From assembly GCA_963707345.1 (NCBI GenBank), contig CAVPPE010000002.1:1015028-1079027 (forward strand): a stretch of DNA of 64,000 bases, in the 5' to 3' direction. Within the stretch, counting starts at the first letter, position 1. Every line of letters begins with the position of its first letter. The DNA comes from an uncultured Chloroflexia bacterium. GTDB lineage: Bacteria; Chloroflexota; Anaerolineae; Promineifilales; UBA4811. A program made the translations under genes and the position numbers. The notes beneath the pieces are model-generated. The model made no database searches. It was given only the letters and a program-made list of their open reading frames with translations, and was not told where the DNA came from. Below are positions 47,801 through 56,843 of the stretch, piece by piece.

Positions 47801-50800
47801 GGGCAGTAATGGACCACTCGGCTTGAAAGTCAAACGTGGTAGTGGGATTGTTGGGCGTTGGCTCCACAATCCGGACCAGGGGGCCATAGCCGCGCAGGCG
47901 GTCGCTCTGTAGGTCGATCTCATAATTCCAGCCGGCGGCATCATCCTGGGGGTGCATGGGGCTCTTGACCAGCAGATAGGGTGTGGCAAGCGGCTCCAGC
48001 CGGCCGGTGCCCGGTGTGGCCTCAAACTGGCCGCGCAGCACCGGCATGGAGACGATCTCGGTCAGGCTGCTAAAATCGGCCAGCACCAGACGCGCGTCAG
48101 GGGAAGTGGTAATCTGGTCGCTGGAGCGATCCAGCGTAAAGGTTCCTCCTTTGAGCGCTACCCAGTGATCATCATCGCCCACATATCCGATCAGCGGCAT
48201 CACCGGCACGCCGGTTTCGTCCTGCTCGTTGGTGGTACAGGTGGTGGCGCAGTTGCCGTTGAACCCGGCCGGGCTGTACAGGCGCAGGTTGTCCAGTTCC
48301 TGGTAGGTTGGCCCAACGGTCAGGGTCGCCGGCGGCCGGCGCAGTTCAACGCAGACGCCATTCAGCGGATAGCGCACCACCTGGTCGGTGTTCTGGCAGG
48401 CGGTCACCTGCGCTTCCATGTTGACGATCCCTGGCGCCCGGTTGCTGTTGAGCACCAACAGCCACTCGCCGCTCTGCCCTGGCGGCACCGAGAATTCGAT
48501 CTCGTAGGCGTCCGGGCCGCGGGTCAGTTCAGCGCCGTTCACCATCCGGCCGCCGTACTGGAACCCGGGTGCAAATACCTGCAGGTTGTAGTAGCGGGCC
48601 GTGCTGCTGTTCAGCCCGGCGCTGGCATAAGGGATCTTGATCTCGATGGTAGTATCTGCGTCCAGATCCAATTCCTGGCCGCGGATCAGTTCGCGCATCA
48701 GCGTGATGGGCACGGTGATAGAGATGCCGTATCCAGGCAGAAGCGGGGCTGGCAACGCGTCGGCAACCTGCAGGTAGTGAAGCTTGTCGTTGTGCGTCGC
48801 GGTGGGCTGGTTATCGGGTTGGACGCGCAGGCGCAGGTCGGCCGGCAGGGATTGCCTGCCGTTCACCACCAGATAGTTCGGCTGCCACTCGTAACTTTCG
48901 TTGCCGGGGGTCGCGCTCCCGGCATCGGAACTCATCAACACCTCACCCGCCCCGTCGGCCAGGTCAAGTGGGGTATTGGCATAGACCGCATCGGCCGCCA
49001 GCGCGCCCTGTGAGGCGATCACGCGCCAACTGGGAGCGGCGGCCGGCAGCTGATATTCATGGTACTGGTGCCGGTAGCTTCCCACGGGGTTGGCCGAGGG
49101 CACCTGGATGGACTCCACCGAATTGTCAGCTTGCAGCCCGGGAGCGGTGTAGCTGATCAGCAAGCCGAGGCCTGGGCCATTGGTCGTGGGGTTGGCGGGA
49201 TCGGCCACCACGGCGTCCAGATTGCTCCATTGGGCCGAGGTGGGAAAACAGCTACCGGTGGGATGGAGGCCAAAGGGTGGTGGATAGGGTGGCAGCGGCT
49301 CTAGCCAATCTTCAAAAAAGTGAAAAGCCTCGTGCTTGAGTCTCAACGCCAAGCCGTGATTCTCGCTGGCACCGCTGTACCAGTCTTGCACAATTGTGGT
49401 CACATCCCAGGTGGTGGCTGGGAACGTATCGGTAATACCAAGGCTGGGGGAGGGTTTGAGGATAGTTGCCAAATTGGTAGAACTATCCATGGCAGGGTAA
49501 TTCCAGCCCGGCGAGAGCGTGTCGACACCCATCAAGGGGCTCCAATCCTCGGTCATCCGGTGTACGTAGGTCGGTTGGCGCGTGGTCTTGTCCGGATAGT
49601 AGTTAAACGTGGGGTCGCTGCCGGCCGTGTTATCCGGCACGGCGACCAGGGTGGCAGTGGTGGGCGCGGAGCCGGGAGGCAGGGTCGGCAGGGGGAACTT
49701 GACGTAGCCGCGTTGGTAGCCCCGAAGTAGAAGATCATCGGTGACATAGTGGCCTACACAGGTGTTGTGAAAAACATCCGAAAATGGGTTTGGAAAGCCA
49801 AAGCCGCTCAAGAGTTCCTGGACGTTGATGGTCGCCCCATCCAGATCTTTGATTACTTGCATGGTGGGGTCCAGCACGGCCGGATACTGCCGGCCGGGAT
49901 CGACCCACCAATCCCAGGGGGTCTGTACCTGCAGCTCCACCCGGCTGCCCTGTCGCTGGACGCGGTAGCGGCCGGTTACCTGCGCGCCGCCAAACGCTTG
50001 CTCGTAGGCCACTGGCGGAGCAAAGGTCAGCAGGGAACTCCCATCGGGATTGCGCAGTTCAACTGGCCCTTCGGTCACAAAGCCATCGCTTTGAAGCTGG
50101 CCATCGGCATACAGTTGCACGTCGGCCGGGACAGTCAGGGCTGCCCGCAGCTCCAGCCACTGGGCGCCGGGCACTGGGTCGGGTGGGCCAGCCAGGATCA
50201 ATTCCTGCTTGAGTGCTCCGGGGCCACTGCGGAACTGCTCTACCAGCGCAGGGTCGCTCCAGGCATGAGTGTAGCGCAGAGTGGTTTTGGTATCGCCATG
50301 CCCGGCCGGTTCAACCTGACCCGGCGGCAACGGTACGGCCAATTGGTACAGTGAATGTTCCCCATCACTGGCTCCAAGTTCGGTTGGTTGCCACAGCAGG
50401 AGCAGCCCTTCGCTTTCGAGTTGCACGGCCGTGCTGTCTTGTGCCAGCGTGCTCTGCAGGCTATTACGGCTCACCTGCCAGCCGCCCGGAACCGGCGCAA
50501 AAGCGGCCTCGATGGGCTGCCATTGACCGGCCGCGTCCTGATAGTTGAGCGGGGTCACGCCCACCATGGCGACGTGCTTTCCATCGCCGAGGTCAAAATG
50601 GCGCGAAAAGGCATCGCGCCGCTCGATCAGTTCCCGCCCCGATAGGGGCTGGATGGATGGCTCGGCCGGGACGGGCAACTCTACCCTCGCAGTCACGGGT
50701 AGGTTTTCCGGCGCAGCGGATGCGGCCGGGGATGCGTGTGAGGGGATGGGAGGCAAAACGGGGAGGAAACCGATCAGTATCGCCAGCCACAGCATCAGCA

Positions 50801-50855
50801 GCGACCGGGGATTCAAGCGAAAAACCTTCAATGAGCCGACTTTTGATCCAGACAT
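44844..50855 (-). CDS. Giant secreted protein (2003 aa) with two C-terminal fibronectin type III domains
   Basis: ATG 50855 with GGAGGA upstream. Signal/anchor LLMLWLAILIGFLPVL...SHASPAASA. FN3 signatures (VVVRWQPNSEQDMSGYVV; ANLSWAVSPQATGYLIYY...GLRPGATYEVWIRPYD). The central part is mostly unassignable. Confidence 0.85.
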   Translation of the reverse strand: MSGSKVGSLKVFRLNPRSLLMLWLAILIGFLPVLPPIPSHASPAASAAPENLPVTARVELPVPAEPSIQPLSGRELIERRDAFSRHFDLGDGKHVAMVGVTPLNYQDAAGQWQPIEAAFAPVPGGWQVSRNSLQSTLAQDSTAVQLESEGLLLLWQPTELGASDGEHSLYQLAVPLPPGQVEPAGHGDTKTTLRYTHAWSDPALVEQFRSGPGALKQELILAGPPDPVPGAQWLELRAALTVPADVQLYADGQLQSDGFVTEGPVELRNPDGSSLLTFAPPVAYEQAFGGAQVTGRYRVQRQGSRVELQVQTPWDWWVDPGRQYPAVLDPTMQVIKDLDGATINVQELLSGFGFPNPFSDVFHNTCVGHYVTDDLLLRGYQRGYVKFPLPTLPPGSAPTTATLVAVPDNTAGSDPTFNYYPDKTTRQPTYVHRMTEDWSPLMGVDTLSPGWNYPAMDSSTNLATILKPSPSLGITDTFPATTWDVTTIVQDWYSGASENHGLALRLKHEAFHFFEDWLEPLPPYPPPFGLHPTGSCFPTSAQWSNLDAVVADPANPTTNGPGLGLLISYTAPGLQADNSVESIQVPSANPVGSYRHQYHEYQLPAAAPSWRVIASQGALAADAVYANTPLDLADGAGEVLMSSDAGSATPGNESYEWQPNYLVVNGRQSLPADLRLRVQPDNQPTATHNDKLHYLQVADALPAPLLPGYGISITVPITLMRELIRGQELDLDADTTIEIKIPYASAGLNSSTARYYNLQVFAPGFQYGGRMVNGAELTRGPDAYEIEFSVPPGQSGEWLLVLNSNRAPGIVNMEAQVTACQNTDQVVRYPLNGVCVELRRPPATLTVGPTYQELDNLRLYSPAGFNGNCATTCTTNEQDETGVPVMPLIGYVGDDDHWVALKGGTFTLDRSSDQITTSPDARLVLADFSSLTEIVSMPVLRGQFEATPGTGRLEPLATPYLLVKSPMHPQDDAAGWNYEIDLQSDRLRGYGPLVRIVEPTPNNPTTTFDFQAEWSITAQGGPSLEGQVALDSVSDGTFNVGTLLVSPPDSGYGIEHNPQDASPFNPASIPPFLQLRMTGATIAQPDNLGGAKLVVQALLFPPGQTIKDEDKIQLVFQCGVHCFDLRGPDDAMTESGPLVDRQYRMPDLIVQDSANTVMYNTARGVEIFSSDHPFATQGADDVSFNYEAFGGSVRTFYGACPGPRDPLDPDKQGPDGPDTTVIVGTAGMVLPNAGSGGGDIAEGPQISISFTLCEGSLREMSFSFDTGPQTAIPMGNSGIFLNYIGGTISLTPQQPNQDAYTTVVLEMRFRGMQPSAAASTIFSRGIVTIDSRGLFDVQVQTGVQVFSGIGAGVDGHFWVAWSPLDLGFEVEGCIPYSGFDPGNFPNKLCEGNELLWGMLRVHLWQGQGWQHKYNWLPDDDSLHVAARFEARITIAAGLIIDWGPAQVPPDDVTLYGIKLAFGEFCTNGPCTSYEWGVMGAYIFMGYDVGAYYGFDSGISFFLGSEDYLLIDENGKAAASINLQNRGLTRVQASSQTTVTIGADVPSAMFGLAWIDGTPALTLHEPPPGNRTIDMNSVYPDVTVAITPTVVTTSPLVTGEQTLIVIDDPVPGEWMVDLGDTGSSTEFRFFYFANSATPSLTLGELPTMAVDQTSIPITWTSSISQAGSAWLSLYYEMMTGTNPITSSQAVAGPIVERIPLTSTGVYSWNIAGLTNATYRVFARIDNNAAVTVNECGENYVYNPDPSTATCGPMLNSGLFLPAERIDAPGTIRIFDFIAPAAPQGTKARPEDISSVVVRWQPNSEQDMSGYVVTCQQGLLERQVRIPSLIEATSSLSETARVNGLNAEPATCWVQAYDTSYNLSGVSASAVATPTGEIPLPPAAVQSVEITQVSPGNANLSWAVSPQATGYLIYYQAILYPLPDARTMNLATQGSTTGGYQANEGPSPINVGNVTSTSLTGLRPGATYEVWIRPYDADGRTGLRSPVVSFTVPSQTMLFLPLVLR

Positions 50856-50998
50856 TGTCCTTCCTCCAGAATGCGTCCGAGTTGGCGCTCTCGGACCGAT
50901 TTGCCCACACAAACCGGGCTACCAGATTGTTCCGTGATTTGTTGGCGAATAAAGACCGGGCTATAATCTGGTTGGCGTTTCCCCAACATCTCGTCACT

Positions 50999-51031
50999 AT
51001 CATACTCCCCAAACGTCACAAGAACGTCACA
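50999..51031 (-). promoter_or_regulatory. SARP-box-like phased direct repeats plus -10 hexamer facing the giant gene
   Basis: The minus strand reads TGTGACGT tct TGTGACGT ttggggag TATGAT. The 8-mer is repeated with an 11-bp period, and the proximal repeat sits 8 nt from a -10-like hexamer (50999-51004). Confidence 0.4.
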
Positions 51032-51135
51032 GAGTACTTGTCCCGAAAGTTCGCGTCTTGGTGTTGATTTTTCTCAAGGCAGCATCCCAAACCCAGAAGT
51101 TATACCTGGACAAGTGCATGGAGAGGTCGTAGCCG

Positions 51136-54100
51136 ATGCCTCAACTGGATGTCAGAATCCTTGGTCCCTTTCAAGTCGCCAGAGGGAAAACCACTGTAGC
51201 CCGGTTCGAAACTGATCCGACGCGGGCGTTGCTCATTTACCTGGTGGCGCACCCCGGAACGCCCTTCCACCGGGAAGCACTGGCTGACTTGCTCTGGCCC
51301 CATCGGCCGCGGGCCGAAGCCCTGCACGCCTTGCGCCAGACGTTGAACCGCTTGCGCAAGGCCATCGGTGATCGGGAAGCAGAGCCACCATTTCTGCACA
51401 TCAGCCGCCGGACCATCGAATTCAACCCGGATAGCGACTACTGGCTGGATAGCGAATCGTTCGTCAGCCTGGTTTCTGCCACGCGCCAGCACCGGCACCG
51501 TCGCCTGGAAGCCTGCCCCAGTTGCCGGGAGCAATTAGAGCAGGCATCCGCGCTCTATCGTGGCGATCTGGCAGCTGGCTTTTTCCTCGGCAGTCTACCT
51601 TTCGAAGAATGGCTTTTGATGGAACGCGAGTATCTCCACCGGAGGGCGATGGAAACCTTCTATCAGTTGGCAGTCATGCACAACCGGCGGGGAGAATATG
51701 AGCAAGCCCAGCGTTATGCCCGGCGGCAGACCAGGCTGGAGCCATGGGGAGAAGAAGCCCACCGTCAGTTGATGCTGGCTCTGGCACACAGCGGCCAACG
51801 AAGTGCAGCGCTGGTCCAATACCAGAGCTGCTGCCAAACCCTGATGGACGAGTTGGGTGTGGAACCAGAAACGGCGACCAGAAAGCTTTACGAGCAAATT
51901 CGTGATGGCGATTTGGAGCAGAGCACGACACCACCGCACAACCTGCCGGCGCATCTCACCAGCTTCATCGGCCGGGAAACTGAATTGGACCAGATCGCCG
52001 AATTCCTAAACAACCCTGACTGCCGCCTGCTGACCCTTCTGGGATCGGGGGGGATTGGCAAAACCCGGCTAGCCCTGGCTTCTGCGCAGCGGTCCCTGCC
52101 CTACTTTTCCGATGGGGTTTGGTTTGTCCCCCAATTCAACGACACCCAGAAACCGGCCGATGAGCAGGTCCCCGATCTGCTGGCAACAGTGATCGCCGAG
52201 GCGATGAACTTGACCCTCTCCGAAAAAGACGGCCCCACGGCACAATTGCTTCAAACGCTGCGAACCAAGGAGGCGTTGTTGATCTTGGATGGCTTTGAGC
52301 GCTGGGTCACGGCCGCAGACCTGATTCTGGAGATGCTGCGAGCAGCACCTGGTTTGGTGGTGATGGTCACTTCGCGAGCGCAACTTGACGCGCAAGCCGA
52401 GCAGATTTACCGCGTGGCCGGTCTGCCGGTGCCCCACGATGTTAACGACCCGGCCGCGGCCAACTGTGACAGCGTGCAACTGTTCGTGGATCGAGCAGAA
52501 CGCGCGGCTGGGGTTTTCACCCCAGACCTGACCGCGATTGGTCAACTGTGCCAACTGGTTGAGGGCTTGCCGCTGGCAATCGAATTGGCTTCCGCCTGGG
52601 TAGAAGCCTTGCCCCTGGCCGATATTACCGCCAAATTGGAGCAAGGTTTGGTGCTCTTGTCGACCACACGCCGCGACATCCCGGTTCGCCATCGCTGTTT
52701 GCACGCCGTCTTTGAAAGCTCCTGGCAACTGCTCTCCGAGAGCGAGCGACGGGTGCTAGCCCAACTCACCGTCTTTCGCGGCGATTTTGGCCGCGACGCG
52801 GCCCTGGCTGTGACCGATGCCAGCCCGGCCGAATTGACCAGCCTGGCAAACAAATCGTTGGCCCGACGCATCGCATCCGATCGCTACACACTGCACACAC
52901 TTTTGCGCCAATTCGCTATGGAAAGGATGACGGAGAAGCCCGCCCTGGCCGAAGCGTACCAGCGCCACAGCGACTATTACCTGGCATTCATCTGCAAGAG
53001 GACGGCCGCTTTCCAAGGTAGCGAACCCCAGCAGGCAATAGCCGAAATCCAGGCCGAGATCGCCAACATCCGCCAAGCGTGGCAATGGACCGTAGGCCAA
53101 CTCGACACGGACCAAGACCCTCAACCTGCTCTGACGGCCCTGGCCCAATGCACGCAGGGCTTGATTCAGTTTTACACGCATCGAGGGCCGAAACAGGAAG
53201 GAGAACAGATCTTCCGAATGGCCGCCGGCCGGGTGCAAACCGTTTTACAAAGACAAGGGAGCGCATCCGTCACCGCAGAACAACTGACCGCAACCTTACA
53301 GGCGCTATCCACGCTACTCACCGCCCAGGGACACTTTCTGCTGGCACTTGGCGACCACAAGCGTGCCCTGACCGTACTGGAAGAAGCCCACACCCTTTCC
53401 AGGAGAGTCGCAGCCGTCCGGCCAGGTACTGACCTCGCAGAGCGGGCAATGCTGCTGGTCAACTTGGGCACGTCGTACAATCGATTGGGTGATTATCCGC
53501 TGGCGACCGAGCATCTTGAAACAGGGTTGAACCTGGCCCGTCAGGCGGATGCCCCACACATAGAGATCACGGCCCTTATTACTCTGGCACAGGCGGCATC
53601 GGAACAGGGAACCTTCGACCAGGCCAGACAGCATCTGGAAAAGGTATTGGAACTGGCTCGCCAGCTAGGGGATCGGATTAGTGAAGGCGAGGCCTTGACC
53701 ATGCTGGGTTCCGTGGCCTGGAGATGGTGTGACTTGGAGCGGGCTGATGAGTGTTCACAGCTAGGTTTGGCCATTTTCCGCGAGCTTGGCAACCAGCAAC
53801 GGGTTTCCAGGCTGCTCAACGTTTTGGGGATTCTTGCAATTCTGCGCGAAAACTATGATCAGGCCCAGGAATACTACCAGGAGGGCATATCACTCGCCAA
53901 AGAAATCGGCGACCGTCAAGCAACGGCCGATATGCTCAACAACCTGGGTTACATTTTCCACCATTGCATCGAGCAGTATGAAGCAGCCAAAAGATGTTAC
54001 CACGAGTCAATGCTCATCGGGCGAGAGACGGGCCACCGGCACGGGGTAACCAGCACATTGAGCAATCTGGGGCACCTGCATGTACTGACGGGAGAGCACA

Positions 54101-54414
54101 ACGCCGCCTGGAGCTACTTGCAGGAGGCATTGAACGAGTTTGTCGCCATCGGCGTGGTGCCATTGACCTTGGACACATTGATTGGCGTGGCCCAGTTGTG
54201 GGTTGAAACTGGAAGGGCTATCCCGGCCGCAGAGCTGCTTGGGTTGGCCCTCAACCATCCAGCCGTAGAGGCCTCAAGCATTCAGGCGGCCGAGCCGATC
54301 CTTGCCAAATTACGTGAAGCAGTGCCACCTGAGCAATATGAGCAGGCAACAGAACACGGCAAGGCGCTCAAGTTGGATGACGTAGTTGCCAGGCTACTGT
54401 CGGAGAAGGATTGA
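51136..54414 (+). CDS. SARP-like regulator: OmpR-type winged helix + BTAD + NB-ARC/STAND ATPase + TPR array (1092 aa)
   Basis: N-terminal LDVRILGPFQV...TRALLIYLV. BTAD block (LYRGDL...EWLLMEREYLHRR...GEEAHRQLMLALAHSGQRSAALVQY). Walker A GSGGIGKTRLA. Multiple TPR units (LGDYPLATEHLE, QGTFDQARQHLE...). Confidence 0.85.
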   Translation: MPQLDVRILGPFQVARGKTTVARFETDPTRALLIYLVAHPGTPFHREALADLLWPHRPRAEALHALRQTLNRLRKAIGDREAEPPFLHISRRTIEFNPDSDYWLDSESFVSLVSATRQHRHRRLEACPSCREQLEQASALYRGDLAAGFFLGSLPFEEWLLMEREYLHRRAMETFYQLAVMHNRRGEYEQAQRYARRQTRLEPWGEEAHRQLMLALAHSGQRSAALVQYQSCCQTLMDELGVEPETATRKLYEQIRDGDLEQSTTPPHNLPAHLTSFIGRETELDQIAEFLNNPDCRLLTLLGSGGIGKTRLALASAQRSLPYFSDGVWFVPQFNDTQKPADEQVPDLLATVIAEAMNLTLSEKDGPTAQLLQTLRTKEALLILDGFERWVTAADLILEMLRAAPGLVVMVTSRAQLDAQAEQIYRVAGLPVPHDVNDPAAANCDSVQLFVDRAERAAGVFTPDLTAIGQLCQLVEGLPLAIELASAWVEALPLADITAKLEQGLVLLSTTRRDIPVRHRCLHAVFESSWQLLSESERRVLAQLTVFRGDFGRDAALAVTDASPAELTSLANKSLARRIASDRYTLHTLLRQFAMERMTEKPALAEAYQRHSDYYLAFICKRTAAFQGSEPQQAIAEIQAEIANIRQAWQWTVGQLDTDQDPQPALTALAQCTQGLIQFYTHRGPKQEGEQIFRMAAGRVQTVLQRQGSASVTAEQLTATLQALSTLLTAQGHFLLALGDHKRALTVLEEAHTLSRRVAAVRPGTDLAERAMLLVNLGTSYNRLGDYPLATEHLETGLNLARQADAPHIEITALITLAQAASEQGTFDQARQHLEKVLELARQLGDRISEGEALTMLGSVAWRWCDLERADECSQLGLAIFRELGNQQRVSRLLNVLGILAILRENYDQAQEYYQEGISLAKEIGDRQATADMLNNLGYIFHHCIEQYEAAKRCYHESMLIGRETGHRHGVTSTLSNLGHLHVLTGEHNAAWSYLQEALNEFVAIGVVPLTLDTLIGVAQLWVETGRAIPAAELLGLALNHPAVEASSIQAAEPILAKLREAVPPEQYEQATEHGKALKLDDVVARLLSEKD

Positions 54415-54474
54415 ACCCTTCCGGGGGCTTGGCTGGCACCCATCCAGCCGCCGATGATGGCCACGGCCGGCAGG

Positions 54475-55287
54475 CTACGAGTTCAAGACGGGAACGATGA
54501 CGACCAAATCATAGGCCGCGTGGAACAAGACCGGACCTACCAGGCTATCGTATTTGATCATCGTATTAGCGCCAACAATCCCCAGGCAAAAAACGACCAC
54601 GCCGAAGACAATTCCCCCGCCCGGGAAATCATACGTGGCAAAGAGATGCGATGCTCCAAAAACCGCTGCTGTCACGATGATAACGGCATTCCCCCCGATT
54701 AACCTTTCGTACTTGCGGAGGAAAATCGCCCTGAACCATAGCTCTTCCATGATCGAGTTGGCAAATATGAACAATAGCAGCCAAGGTACTGAAGTAAACA
54801 ACGACGAAACCAAATCACCCGAACCTGCCTGTGTGACAACGGCGATCACGGCAAAAACTGCAAAAGACACAAGCCCGAAAACGATCCCTGGCACCAGCTT
54901 TCCCCTGCTCAGATAAATCGACTTCCATTCTTCCTTCGCCAGCAATGTCAACCCCACAAGAACCAGCATAACATGGATGAACTGGGAAAGTTTATCTATG
55001 GCCAGGTCTTGCAACGGGGAGGCCGTATCGATGTGGATGTTCAATATCCCGGAAGAAAGGGCCAGCAGGGCTGCGGCCACAGTAAAAGGCGCATACGCTT
55101 ACGGCCAGTAGCAGGCTAGCGAATCAATTCTCTTCAGAACCACAGCGACGAGCAGGAATATGCCCGTAGGCACAATGTAGTAGACTTGGTTCCTGTTCGT
55201 CGGGAAGACAGAGAAATAGGGGTTCCCCAACACGAATATTGCCAGCCCACCCAGGAGGAACCAGGTCAAGAGGATTGTCTTCTTCAT
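54475..55287 (-). pseudogene. CPBP-family (CAAX/Abi-type) intramembrane protease, split by an in-frame TAA (55101-55099)
   Basis: MKKTILL... (ATG 55287) reads in the same frame through ...LACYWP*AYAPFTVAAALL into ORF 54475..55080, which carries EELWFRAIF, GASHLF, FHAAYDL. Confidence 0.6.
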
Positions 55288-55648
55288 GGCCGATACTTCC
55301 CCTTTTCCATCAATCGCTCTCGATTGACGTGGCATCTCGCACACCGAGTTTTACATCACCAAGGTCCGTGCCCAGACACACGAAATGCACCAACACTATA
55401 CACCCAAGTCGACGGTCGAGCAAATGGCCCAATCGCTGCAATAAGCAGTCCGGCCGCACAACGTGGTCGTGGTTGCAATTTCCAACGAAGGACCCACTTT
55501 CCTGCTTTTTGGCCGCTGACAAGCCATCCGCGAACCATCCTCGGCCGGAGCCGCCCACCCCTACTCAACTGGCAACCAATCCCCCACGGTGGGGAGAATC
55601 GGGATGGGTAACAGACTATTCACCCATGGTTATCACTACCAGCCATCA

Positions 55649-55745
55649 AACTTTGAGAGCAGGTAATAGGTGGTAGTACAAGCGACAAATGAAGTGATGG
55701 GATACTCGCGGTCCCCCACCCCGGCCGGAGCGGCTCTACGTTTCC
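55649..55745. repeat. About 95-bp segment (gene 3' end plus downstream) repeated at 58869-58990
   Basis: actttgagagc...ggtagtaca...cccccaccccggcc is shared by both copies, roughly 75% identity by eye. Confidence 0.55.
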
Positions 55746-56815
55746 CTGGCGTCCCGGCCGGGTGGGTCGGCCCGCACCCAGCGCTGACCGTCATACCAGT
55801 GCCAGCCAGCGTTGGTCAGAGCCCAATAGCGCCCATCCTCATCCTGCACCACCAGCTTTTTCACCTCGGCCTCGTAGGTTGCATGGTCCACCGAGCCCGC
55901 TTGATAGCCGGCTTGAAGGGCCTGAAAGCGCCGCTCAACCTCGGCGTAGCGGTCCGGCGGGGCGGGAGCGGACGGCGCGGCGATCGGCGTCGGCTGCCAA
56001 GCGGCGGCCGGAGTTGGTTTGGCGCGACGCTTGCGGCGGCGGACCATCAGGCCAGCAACCACCAGCAGGCTCAGGAACCCGATCAGGGCGATCCCACCGC
56101 AGACCCACAGGATCCAGGTCCAATCGAGCAGCCCGGTCAACGGCTCTTGGACTGCCTCCTCTACCTGGATTCCGTCATCCGCGGGAGCTGGAACGCAGCC
56201 GGTCAGGTTCAGGTTCCAGACAAAACCGTCGTCGCAGACATACTCGGTCGCCTCCAGGTGGGCGTTGGCCGGCACGGTGGTGGTCACACACCCTTTGGGG
56301 TTGGCGGCCGGGTCGGCCGGCTGACAGCTCTCGTTGGGATAGCAGGCGCAGGCCGGGTTGGTCTCGCAGGTGTCGCCAGCGGCCGGGAGGCACGTGCCCT
56401 CAATGATCAACGGGCCGCGGGTCAGCGGCTCAAAGCGCAGCGCCATCTCAAAGGCAGCGGCATCGATCTCCCCGTCAAGAAAGGCATTCCCCAGCGCGGG
56501 TGTGCCCACCACTTGCATGATCTGCCCGTCATCAAAGCGCTGTTGCAAGCTTACCTCGGCATCGGGTGCCAGCCGGTCCCCAAACAGGGCCAGGGCCCGG
56601 GCGACCCGCTCCAATTCGGCCTCAAAGGGGCCCATCCCAGCCACCGGCTGCTGGTAGACCACCAGCGCGCGGTCGGCCTCCAGGGTAACCTGGGCGTCGT
56701 TCAACCCCAGGTCGCGCAATGCCTGCTCCAGGCTGGCATCCTGGGCCGCGACAGACGCGGGCAGCCAGCAGATGAGAGCTAGTAGGGTCGAGAGTATGAA
56801 GGTTCTATGTCTCAC
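55736..56815 (-). CDS. Single-pass membrane protein with Cys-rich ectodomain and SHOCT-like/Trp-rich cytoplasmic tail
   Basis: GTG 56815 with AGGAG 7 nt upstream. Signal peptide LLALICWLPASVAAQD. TM helix WILWVCGGIALIGFLSLLVVAGLMV followed by RRRKRR. Tail YEAEVKKLVVQDEDGRYWALTNAGWHWYDGQRW. Confidence 0.6.
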   Translation of the reverse strand: MRHRTFILSTLLALICWLPASVAAQDASLEQALRDLGLNDAQVTLEADRALVVYQQPVAGMGPFEAELERVARALALFGDRLAPDAEVSLQQRFDDGQIMQVVGTPALGNAFLDGEIDAAAFEMALRFEPLTRGPLIIEGTCLPAAGDTCETNPACACYPNESCQPADPAANPKGCVTTTVPANAHLEATEYVCDDGFVWNLNLTGCVPAPADDGIQVEEAVQEPLTGLLDWTWILWVCGGIALIGFLSLLVVAGLMVRRRKRRAKPTPAAAWQPTPIAAPSAPAPPDRYAEVERRFQALQAGYQAGSVDHATYEAEVKKLVVQDEDGRYWALTNAGWHWYDGQRWVRADPPGRDARET

Positions 56816-56843
56816 GGTTGGCTCCTGGTTCCTGGAAAACCGG

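Noticed and set aside
50939-50967. Plus-strand promoter TTGTTG-17-TATAAT for the SARP-like gene, which would give transcripts overlapping the giant-gene promoter.
   Set aside because: The -35 element is poor, and the region is AT-richer, so hexamer matches arise easily. I kept it as a note rather than a feature.
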